In this document: piece after piece, positions 24,919 through 32,113 of the stretch | Numbering within the stretch: position 1 is the first letter of the stretch | Layout: each line of letters starts with the position of its first letter | NCBI RefSeq assembly: GCF_024298765.1 | Contig: NZ_CP101210.1 | Source of the DNA: Escherichia coli | Lineage (GTDB): Bacteria > Pseudomonadota > Gammaproteobacteria > Enterobacterales > Enterobacteriaceae | Strand: one strand, 5' to 3' | Length of the DNA stretch: 64,000 nt | The notes under the pieces: model-generated | Seen by the model: the letters and a program-made list of their open reading frames with translations, nothing else | What the model was told of the DNA's origin: nothing | The model's database searches: none | Position numbers and translations under genes: made by a program

Positions 24919-26953
24919 TGCAGGCGTTCGCCCCTTTTCCATTCGTGCACTGCTTGAAGATCGCGCCCGCTATCTGGTGCCCATGTACCAGCGCAACTAT
25001 GCCTGGGGTGAGGGAGAGATCACCCAGCTGCTGCAGGATGTGCTGGATTATCAGCAAAAATTGGTCAGTGGTAAGGGGCCGCAAACCTACTATATCGGCA
25101 CCCTGGTGGTGTTTGCCCGGGACGATGGCAGTTTCGAGGTAATCGATGGCCAGCAGCGCTTTACTACCCTCTCTCTGCTGGCCAATTGGCTCAAACATCA
25201 CGCGATAGATTCGGTGGATATGAGCTGGTATCAGACCATCAACCTCGCTTTTGAGAGTCGCCCGATATCGAGCCATACCTTCGAGCGCTTATGGCAGGGG
25301 GTTGCCCCCGACGATTTGCGGGGGAGTACCTTCAATGAAGGTTTGGTGAACGGTTTTGAGCTGATTGGCAAGGCAATGGCGGAGCTTGGTTTGGTAGGGG
25401 CTAAACTGACGGCCTTTTGCGACTACCTCTTCAAGCATGTGCAGATCTCTCGTATCGAAGTACCCAAGGATACCGATCTCAATCACTTCTTCGAGGCGAT
25501 GAACAATCGCGGCGAGCAGTTGGAAAAGCATGAAGTGATCAAGGCGCGGCTGATGGAGACGCTGAACCAGATACCCGAGGAAGAGCATCGTCGCCAAAGT
25601 ATTCATATCCTGACCCGGGTATGGGATGCCTGCGCCAATATGGAGCGCTATATCCAGTACGGCTTTACCCCGCAAGAGCGCCACCGTCTGTTTGGTGAGA
25701 GCGACTGGGGTCAGTTTGTGCCCCGTGATTTTGCCCATCTGCTTGATCTGCTAGGATCCCCAAACACGGCCGACGCTGCCGATAAAAGCCGTGCAGCTGC
25801 CGGTAGCCAAGGGCGCACCTTGTTGGCCATTTTGCAGGATGACAAGCTTGATGGTGAGCAGACGGTGGAGGAGGAGAGCGCAGGCTCCGAGCGCTTTAAC
25901 AGCGTCATCAACTTCTCCAACTTCTTGCTCCATGTGCTGCGACTCGTGAGCCGCGACCCGGGTAATACGGAGGGGGTGCCGCTTGATGATAAACAACTGG
26001 TCGATCAGTTTGAGCTGCGAGTGATAAGGCAACCGGATCCAGTAGCGGCAGTTCAGCGTTTTATCTATGGCCTGTTAAAGAGCAAGTATCTGTTTGATCA
26101 GTTCATCATCAAGCGCGAGTTTGCCGATGGCAAGGATAGTTGGAGTCTGAAGCGGCTGCACTGGTATTCGGAAAAGAGCGTCAGTTACATCAATACCTTT
26201 GACAAGGATGAAAATGAGAATGGTTTCTCTGGTGTTAACCGGCGGGTCCTGATGTTGCTGTCGGCGTTTCATGTGTCGACCCCGACCCTGGTTTACAAAC
26301 ATTGGCTGAATGGTGCACTGAGATATCTGTTCGACAATTGTCACCCTGATCAACCGGTGGATGCCGGGGCTTATCTGTCCTATCTGGAGAGTCAGGCTCG
26401 CCGCTTTGTCTTCCAGCGCTTTTTAGCGCCTGGTGAAGGGGCTTCCTATTACCAGATGCTCTACCTTGATAACGCCCTGTTGCCCGCCATCAATGTGGAT
26501 GAGAGTTGGCACAAGGTGATTACATCCAAACTTCGCTTCGGTCATATCGAGAACAACTTTGTCTTCAACTTCCTCGACTATCTGCTGTGGGTACGAGATC
26601 GGAATAGCGACAAAGTTGCTGGCTCCTTTGAGTTCACTTTCCGCAGCTCGGTGGAGCACTTCTCACCCCAGCATCCGATGGATGGCTATAAACCGGTTGA
26701 GCAGAGTGCACTCCATTCGTTTGGCAACCTTTGCCTTATCAGCCACAGCAAGAACTCGCGCTTGAGTAACTTCCAGCCGCAACAGAAGCAGGAGCACTTT
26801 GAAGCAAGCCTTGCCAATAACCAGACTGATAGTCTTAAATTGCTTGCTATGATTCGGCTGATGAAAGATAAAGGTCGTTGGCTGGAAGATGAGATAGCTG
26901 TGCATCAACAAGATATGTTGCAGGTCTTACTATCCAATCAAATTCAGCAATAA
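24911..26953 (+). CDS. DUF262-DUF1524 fusion (GmrSD/BrxU/SspE-like type IV restriction enzyme family)
   Basis: 680 aa. N-terminal [59 protein letters not shown]-terminal His-Me-like [10 protein letters not shown]...[17 protein letters not shown]. Confidence 0.85.
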   Translation: MNDAGVRPFSIRALLEDRARYLVPMYQRNYAWGEGEITQLLQDVLDYQQKLVSGKGPQTYYIGTLVVFARDDGSFEVIDGQQRFTTLSLLANWLKHHAIDSVDMSWYQTINLAFESRPISSHTFERLWQGVAPDDLRGSTFNEGLVNGFELIGKAMAELGLVGAKLTAFCDYLFKHVQISRIEVPKDTDLNHFFEAMNNRGEQLEKHEVIKARLMETLNQIPEEEHRRQSIHILTRVWDACANMERYIQYGFTPQERHRLFGESDWGQFVPRDFAHLLDLLGSPNTADAADKSRAAAGSQGRTLLAILQDDKLDGEQTVEEESAGSERFNSVINFSNFLLHVLRLVSRDPGNTEGVPLDDKQLVDQFELRVIRQPDPVAAVQRFIYGLLKSKYLFDQFIIKREFADGKDSWSLKRLHWYSEKSVSYINTFDKDENENGFSGVNRRVLMLLSAFHVSTPTLVYKHWLNGALRYLFDNCHPDQPVDAGAYLSYLESQARRFVFQRFLAPGEGASYYQMLYLDNALLPAINVDESWHKVITSKLRFGHIENNFVFNFLDYLLWVRDRNSDKVAGSFEFTFRSSVEHFSPQHPMDGYKPVEQSALHSFGNLCLISHSKNSRLSNFQPQQKQEHFEASLANNQTDSLKLLAMIRLMKDKGRWLEDEIAVHQQDMLQVLLSNQIQQ

Positions 26954-27023
26954 CGGATTGAATCTGTTGGTGATGCTGCCAACTTACTGATTTAGTGTAT
27001 GATGGTGTTTTTGAGGTGCTCCA

Positions 27024-27299
27024 GTGGCTTCTGTTTCTATCAGCTGTCCCTCCTGTTCAGCTACTGACGGGGTGGTGCGTAACGGCAAAAGCACTGCCGG
27101 ACATCAGCGCTATCTCTGCTCTCATTGCCGTAAAACATGGCAACTACAGTTCACTTACACCGCCTCTCAGCCCGGTACGCACCAGAAAATCATTGATATG
27201 GCCATGAATGGCGTTGGATGCCGGGCAACCGCCCGCATTATGGGCGTTGGCCTCAACACGATTTTCCGCCATTTAAAAAACTCAGGCCGCAGTCGGTAA
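27024..27299 (+). CDS. insA: IS1 InsA (copy B)
   Basis: 91 aa, near-identical to copy A. Confidence 0.95.
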   Translation: MASVSISCPSCSATDGVVRNGKSTAGHQRYLCSHCRKTWQLQFTYTASQPGTHQKIIDMAMNGVGCRATARIMGVGLNTIFRHLKNSGRSR

Positions 27300-27721
27300 C
27301 CTCGCGCATACAGCCGGGCAGTGACGTCATCGTCTGCGCTGAAATGGACGAACAGTGGGGCTACGTAGGTGCTAAATCACGTCAGCGCTGGCTGTTTTAC
27401 GCGTATGACAGGATACGGAGGACGGTTGTGGCGCACGTCTTCGGTGAACGCACTCTGGCCACACTGGAGCGTCTTCTGAGCCTGCTGTCGGCCTTTGAGG
27501 TCGTGGTATGGATGACGGATGGCTGGCCGCTTTATGAATCACGCCTGAAGGGAGAACTGCACGTTATCAGCAAGCGATTTACGCAGCGCATTGAGCAGCA
27601 TAACCTGAATCTGAGGCAGCATCTGGCAAGGCTGGGCAGGAAGTCACTGTCGTTCTCAAAATCGGTGGAGCTGCATGACAAAGTCATCGGGCATTATCTG
27701 AACATAAAACACTATCAGTAA
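27218..27721 (+). CDS. insB: IS1 InsB' frame (copy B)
   Basis: 167-aa frame, IS1 isoform. Confidence 0.9.
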   Translation: MPGNRPHYGRWPQHDFPPFKKLRPQSVTSRIQPGSDVIVCAEMDEQWGYVGAKSRQRWLFYAYDRIRRTVVAHVFGERTLATLERLLSLLSAFEVVVWMTDGWPLYESRLKGELHVISKRFTQRIEQHNLNLRQHLARLGRKSLSFSKSVELHDKVIGHYLNIKHYQ

Positions 27722-27736
27722 GTTGGAGTCATTACC

Positions 27737-27964
27737 CAGCTCATCGCGCAGTGAGCCAAAATCCGCATCTGAAGCACGGTCAAAAAGGTAATCCAGTTTG
27801 CGATTTACGTCGCTCAGCTGGTTGGTAACTATTTTCAACCCGGACTCCAGATCACCTGGGCCAGCTTCAAGGCAGCGCCGCAGATACTCTGACCGATTAC
27901 CACCTGAAACCAGGTCTATATAGGCCAAAAGTTCATCTGATACTTTTGCGGTTATTGTTGGCAT
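27737..27964 (-). pseudogene. Ribbon-helix-helix protein gene (relaxosome-accessory/CopG-like), 3' end cut by IS1 copy B
   Basis: MPTITAKVSDELLAYIDLVSGGNRSEYLRRCLEAGPGDLESGLKIV... shows the RHH pattern (beta strand ITAKVSDEL, then RSEYLRRCL helix). Beyond codon 76 the track ORF (27656..27964) reads into IS1. Confidence 0.55.
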
Positions 27965-28145
27965 CCAGTCCTCACTTTGTGCATTTTTTAAACGAAAAAA
28001 GGGTGTCTAATACGGTGAAATCATAGTATTACCAAAGTAATAAATAAAAATTGTTTTAAATCAGTAGGTTAGATTAGATTTGTAATGCCTGGGTAATACC
28101 GCAGCATGGCTAAATTTGGTTTTTTTTCTTTTAAATCAGTTGGAT

Positions 28146-28163
28146 AGCGTGATTTATCACGCT
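28146..28163. repeat. Inverted repeat agcgtgat-tt-atcacgct (oriT-like IR)
   Basis: Perfect 8-bp arms, 2-nt spacer, followed by gcgttaggtgtatagc. Confidence 0.8.
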
Positions 28164-28265
28164 GCGTTAGGTGTATAGCAGGTTAAGGGATAAAAAATCA
28201 TCTTTTTTTGGTAGGGCGATCTCCGTAGGTTAAGGGTCATTTGGCTAAAAAGCGTCCTATTCTTT

Positions 28266-28289
28266 GATGGTCATGCTTGCATGACCATC
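28266..28289. repeat. Perfect 11-bp-arm inverted repeat gatggtcatgc-tt-gcatgaccatc
   Basis: Direct reading; lies just upstream of the iteron array. Confidence 0.85.
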
Positions 28290-28302
28290 TGAGCAACCAA
28301 AA

Positions 28303-28448
28303 ACTACAGATAAACTACAGATAAACTACAAAAAACGTTTTGCCTTAGTATTGGAAGACTACAAATAGACTACAATAAAACTACAAAGAAACTACAAAAA
28401 ACATGACAGACTACAAATAGACTACAAGAATACTACAGATAAACTACA
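28303..28448 (+). repeat. Iteron array: 11 direct copies of ACTACA on an 11-bp register (blocks of 3 + 4 + 4)
   Basis: ACTACA starts at 28303, 28314, 28325, 28358, 28369, 28380, 28391, 28410, 28421, 28432 and 28443. Spacings are 11, 11, 33, 11, 11, 11, 19, 11, 11, 11. Confidence 0.9.
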
Positions 28449-28456
28449 AAACTCGA

Positions 28457-28485
28457 TTGACCCCTTCTTACGAGTGTTGTAGAGT
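28457..28485 (+). promoter_or_regulatory. Candidate sigma70 promoter of the 128-aa gene, abutting the iterons
   Basis: TTGACC (28457-28462), 17-bp spacer, TAGAGT (28480-28485). GGAGGGGG RBS at 28501-28508, ATG at 28510. Confidence 0.45.
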
Positions 28486-28509
28486 CATTTTCATACAACG
28501 GAGGGGGTT

Positions 28510-28896
28510 ATGAATAAACCAGCAGATCTGAAACCCCGCAACTTATCGGCTGCTGTCAGATTGCGCCTAAATGAAATCGAGAACTGGCTGGACAGAGGGC
28601 TAACGCGGCATGAAATTGCTGAAATCCTCGACAGCGAATACAGCTTTTCGGTAACAGCCAAAGGGCTTGAGATGGCACTGTATAGAACGCGGCAAAACCG
28701 AAAAAATGTATTGCACAATACACATGATAAGAGTAGCGCGAAGGGTGCAGCGGAAAGTGTATTGCACAATACACAACCGTCTGAGCCTGAAGCGCAGGAA
28801 AGTGAAAAAGCAGAGAGTCCCGGCATTATTGATAAAGAATTCTTCAATAAAATCGGTGAGAATTTCGACCCTAAGAAGTTCAACAAAAAATTCTGA
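28510..28896 (+). CDS. Small HTH DNA-binding protein (StbA/ParB-adaptor-like position), function unknown
   Basis: 128 aa. Probable HTH LTRHEIAEILDSEYSFSVTAKGLEMALYR, acidic/low-complexity tail. Strong RBS, and iterons immediately upstream. Confidence 0.6.
   Translation: MNKPADLKPRNLSAAVRLRLNEIENWLDRGLTRHEIAEILDSEYSFSVTAKGLEMALYRTRQNRKNVLHNTHDKSSAKGAAESVLHNTQPSEPEAQESEKAESPGIIDKEFFNKIGENFDPKKFNKKF
28707..28773. repeat. Two copies, 51 bp apart, of the 16-bp near-palindrome TGTATTG-CA-CAATACA inside the 128-aa gene
   Basis: 28707-28722 and 28758-28773. The wider direct repeat is aa(a/g)tgtattgcacaatacaca, which encodes the NVLHNTH / SVLHNTQ protein repeat. Confidence 0.85.
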
Positions 28897-28904
28897 GGTG
28901 ATTT

Positions 28905-29091
28905 ATGAAAGTAGCGGTAATTAATTACAGTGGCAGTGTTCGTAAAACCTTAATTTCATCTTACCTGTTAGCTCCGCGCCTGACTGGTGCAAAGTTCTAT
29001 GCGGTAGAGACTATCAACCAGTCTGCTTCCGATCTGGGTATTGAAAATGTGACCAGTTTTAAAGGTGACGACTTCTCACGTTTGATTGAGG
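28905..29091 (+). pseudogene. N-terminal stub of a ParA/StbB-like partition ATPase, truncated at an IS1 end
   Basis: MKVAVINYSGSVRKTLISSYLLAPRL... resembles the deviant Walker A start of small ParA/StbB proteins, but reads GSVRKT where GKT is expected. The frame ends where the IS1 terminal repeat begins (29092). Confidence 0.45.
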
Positions 29092-29122
29092 GGTAATGAC
29101 TCCAACTTACTGGTAGTGTTTT
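29092..29122 (-). mobile_element. Solo IS1 terminal inverted repeat (about 31 bp remnant)
   Basis: ggtaatgactccaacttactggtagtgtttt compared with the reverse complement of the IS1 right end, ggtaatgactccaacttattgatagtgtttt (2 mismatches). No IS1 sequence follows. Confidence 0.75.
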
Positions 29123-29173
29123 AGCGAAGTTAAGTGACACAATAGTTTAATCTGGAGGAATTAATGAAGAGTT

Positions 29174-32113
29174 ATGAGTAATTTTAATTTTCTAACAGAC
29201 ATCAGCCCTGAACTCGCTCAATTTGGTAAAAGTGCCGAGCTGTATTACCATGATGATAAGCAGGTAGCACTAGTGAAACTTAGGTGTTTTACTGAAGTAG
29301 TCGTTGGGGAAATTTATTCACGTTTATCGCTAACCCCACCTGTTCGTGATGATTTATATAATCGACTGCGCAGCTACGAATTCAAGGACGTTGTCAGTGA
29401 TAAGGGAATCTGGGCCAAATTAGATGTATTGCGACATAAAGGTAACAAAGCCGCCCACTCTAGCAATGGTTCAGACGAGATTTCCCTCAATGAAACACTC
29501 TGGTTAATCAAAGAAGCTTATTTAGTCGCCCGTTGGTATGCTCAAGCTATTCTCAATAAGCCTATCACTCCGCCAGAGTTTGTTGATCCGGTAAAACCTA
29601 TCGATCATACATCTCGCTTAGAAGCAGAGTTAGAACGGCAACGTCAAGAACTCAATAAACGAGAGGCTGAATTAAAGACCCAGCTTGCTGATAATAGTGA
29701 TAAATATCAACAACAGACGAGTGAGCTAATAGCTCAACTAGACGAAAAAAACGACACACTTTCCAATGTAAAAAAAGAGCAAGCACTATTACAGATTGAA
29801 CTTGAACAAAAACAAAAAGATCTAGTCGCTTCACAACAAGCCTTCTTTGATTACAGGACGCGTGAAGAGTTTAAACAAGCTAGTATTTCATCAGCTTCAA
29901 GCTTTGATCTTGATATGGAAGTGACGCGCCGAAATATTGATATATTTGATTGCTTTGAAGGAGTAAGTTTAACTAAAGGTCAAAACCAAATAGTTAAGCA
30001 AATAAATGAGTTTCTAACCGATACCAAACAAAACGTATTTTTACTTAATGGTTATGCAGGTACAGGTAAAACATTTATAACTAAAGGAATTACTCAGTAC
30101 CTAGAAAGAATTGGTCGTGAATTCGCTATTATGGCCCCGACGGGGAAAGCCGCGAAAGTGATATCAGACAAAACAATGCAACCTGCCAGCACTATTCACC
30201 GCGTGATATACAATTACGACAACGTGAAAGAGTACAAAGTTGACGGTGTGGAAGGGTCTGAAACTTATCGTTGCTATGCTGACCTTAAAGTCAATGTAGA
30301 TACTGCCGAAGCTGTTTATATAATTGATGAAGCGTCAATGGTTTCTGACAGATATTCCGATGGTGAGTTTTTTCGTTTTGGGAGCGGATATTTATTAAAA
30401 GACTTGCTCAAGTACATAAATATTGACCACAACGATCATAATAAGAAAGTTATTTTTATTGGTGATAATGCACAGTTGCCACCTGTTGGAATGAATACGT
30501 CACCAGCGCTAGATGCCAGTTACCTTAAAGAAAATTATCAAGTCGCTGTGGCTTCAGGGCACTTGACTGAAGTTGTTCGTCAAAAAGGTGATAGTGGTGT
30601 TTTGAACAATGCTGCCATGTTGCGTGACGGTTTAGAGCAAAATCTTTTCAATAAACTGAAATTTGAAGTTAATGATCATGATGTATTTAATTTGTCCTCG
30701 GAAAATCTACTTAGCACTTATCTAGACTCATGTGATAGAAAAGTTAGCCGTACAGGAGAAAGTATTATTATTGCTTCTTCAAACCGACAAGTAGCTGAGT
30801 ATAACCGTTTGGTTAGAGAGTACTTCTTTACTGGTCAACAGCAAATGGTCGCGGGAGATAAAGTCATTTCGGTAGCAAATCACTATCGAGCAGACGCTTG
30901 TATTACCAATGGTGAATTTGGAATGATCAAGGAAGTACTATCTCCTCATTCTGAGTTGATTAGTGTTGACATTAGCGTCAAAGGTGACACTGGTGACATG
31001 GTTAAGCGAAAAGTAAATCTGAGTTTTAGGGATGTGATTCTAGGCTTTCGCAACGACTACGGTGAACCATTCTTCTTTGAAGCCAAAATTGTAGAAAACC
31101 TACTTTACAATGATCAGCCGACCTTATCGTCAGATGAGCACAAAGCACTCTATGTTCACTTTTTAAATCGACACCCAGAACTGAGACGTAAAGGTAATGA
31201 ACAAAAGCTTAGAATTGCATTATTGCAAGATCCTTATTTCAATGCTTTTAAACTTAAGTTTGGTTATTCCATTACTGGACACAAAGCACAGGGTAGCGAA
31301 TGGAAAACTGTTTTCTTACAGTGTCAAACACACCAAAAAGCCTTAACTAAAGATTACTTCCGCTGGTTATACACCGCTATAACGAGAACTTCTGGCATCC
31401 TGTATGTAATGAATCCACCTCAGTTGCGCTTAGGAGATGGAATGAAAATAGCAGGAGCGTACCAACCCAAAGCAGTAAACCTAGACAATTCTGCTCCTGA
31501 AGGCGTTGAGGTTGTGCGACCAAGTACCGAAGCAACGAACTCAGTAGCCACAGCGAAGTTTGATTTTCAGACTGACATCCCGCAACTTAAAAAGCTATAC
31601 CAACTTGTTGATGCATGTATTGAAGGTACAGGGATTACTGTAGTGGATGTCCTTCATTATAACTATCAAGATCGTTACATCTTGCAGCGCGGGAATGAGC
31701 AGGCTTCGATAAGTTTCAATTACAAGGGTAACTGGAAAGTGTCTGGCGTAAAGAGCATTACTCAAGATGGGTTCGATGTTGAACTCATGGCTTTGCTTGG
31801 TCAATTAGAAGGTACTTTGCTCGATGTACCTGAGCCTTCAAAGGATACTCAGTTCCATTTTTCAGAGCCATTCTTAGAAGAGTTTTATCTAAATGTAATG
31901 GATCAAATCAACAGTGTTGGAGCTGATATAAGCAAAATTGAATCTCGTTCATTTTGTGAAAGATATGCATTTGTTAAAGGCAATGAGTTGGCGGTAATTG
32001 AGTTTTGGTACAACAAGTCTAGCCAGTTTACTAAAGTTCAACCTATGCCTCAGCTTAGTAATTCCACAAGGCTCATTGACGAAATAATATGTCAAATAGG
32101 TGTGCTTCTATGA
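29174..32113 (+). CDS. Multidomain SF1B (RecD/Dda/TraA-like) helicase: DUF4145-like N-domain, coiled coil, helicase core, two tandem C-terminal repeats
   Basis: 979 aa.
- N-terminus ...KLDVLRHKGNKAAHS (DUF4145-like).
- aa ~145-235 heptad-rich (LEAELERQRQELNKREAELKTQL...).
- Walker A GYAGTGKT (nt 30050-30073), APTGKAA, Walker B YIIDEASM, IGDNAQLPPVG, TEVVRQ, C-terminal GYSITGHKAQGSEW and YTAITRT.
- aa 794-891 and 892-979 are related repeats. Confidence 0.85.
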   Translation: MSNFNFLTDISPELAQFGKSAELYYHDDKQVALVKLRCFTEVVVGEIYSRLSLTPPVRDDLYNRLRSYEFKDVVSDKGIWAKLDVLRHKGNKAAHSSNGSDEISLNETLWLIKEAYLVARWYAQAILNKPITPPEFVDPVKPIDHTSRLEAELERQRQELNKREAELKTQLADNSDKYQQQTSELIAQLDEKNDTLSNVKKEQALLQIELEQKQKDLVASQQAFFDYRTREEFKQASISSASSFDLDMEVTRRNIDIFDCFEGVSLTKGQNQIVKQINEFLTDTKQNVFLLNGYAGTGKTFITKGITQYLERIGREFAIMAPTGKAAKVISDKTMQPASTIHRVIYNYDNVKEYKVDGVEGSETYRCYADLKVNVDTAEAVYIIDEASMVSDRYSDGEFFRFGSGYLLKDLLKYINIDHNDHNKKVIFIGDNAQLPPVGMNTSPALDASYLKENYQVAVASGHLTEVVRQKGDSGVLNNAAMLRDGLEQNLFNKLKFEVNDHDVFNLSSENLLSTYLDSCDRKVSRTGESIIIASSNRQVAEYNRLVREYFFTGQQQMVAGDKVISVANHYRADACITNGEFGMIKEVLSPHSELISVDISVKGDTGDMVKRKVNLSFRDVILGFRNDYGEPFFFEAKIVENLLYNDQPTLSSDEHKALYVHFLNRHPELRRKGNEQKLRIALLQDPYFNAFKLKFGYSITGHKAQGSEWKTVFLQCQTHQKALTKDYFRWLYTAITRTSGILYVMNPPQLRLGDGMKIAGAYQPKAVNLDNSAPEGVEVVRPSTEATNSVATAKFDFQTDIPQLKKLYQLVDACIEGTGITVVDVLHYNYQDRYILQRGNEQASISFNYKGNWKVSGVKSITQDGFDVELMALLGQLEGTLLDVPEPSKDTQFHFSEPFLEEFYLNVMDQINSVGADISKIESRSFCERYAFVKGNELAVIEFWYNKSSQFTKVQPMPQLSNSTRLIDEIICQIGVLL

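Larger units (their letters stand above)
26969..27736 (+). mobile_element. IS1 copy B, complete (768 bp), a different isoform from copy A
   Basis: Same ends as copy A and same orientation. Many scattered substitutions (InsB' RIRRTVV...[19 protein letters not shown] against RLRKTVV...[19 protein letters not shown]). 9-bp flanks gaatctgtt and cagctcatc do not match. Confidence 0.95.

Noticed and set aside
28303-28448. Possible CRISPR array, because of regularly spaced short repeats
   Set aside because: The repeat is only 6 bp (11-bp unit), there are no unique 30-40 bp spacers, and no cas genes are nearby. The architecture fits iterons or a centromere, not CRISPR.
29174-32113. Interpreting the 979-aa helicase as the missing conjugative relaxase (TrwC/TraI-like) of the adjacent oriT fossil
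   Set aside because: The N-terminus is a DUF4145-like helical domain plus a coiled coil. It is not a HUH relaxase domain: there is no histidine triad or catalytic tyrosine pair pattern. The gene is also separated from the oriT-like segment by an IS1 end. RecD-like helicase cores are shared by both classes, so the similarity is generic.
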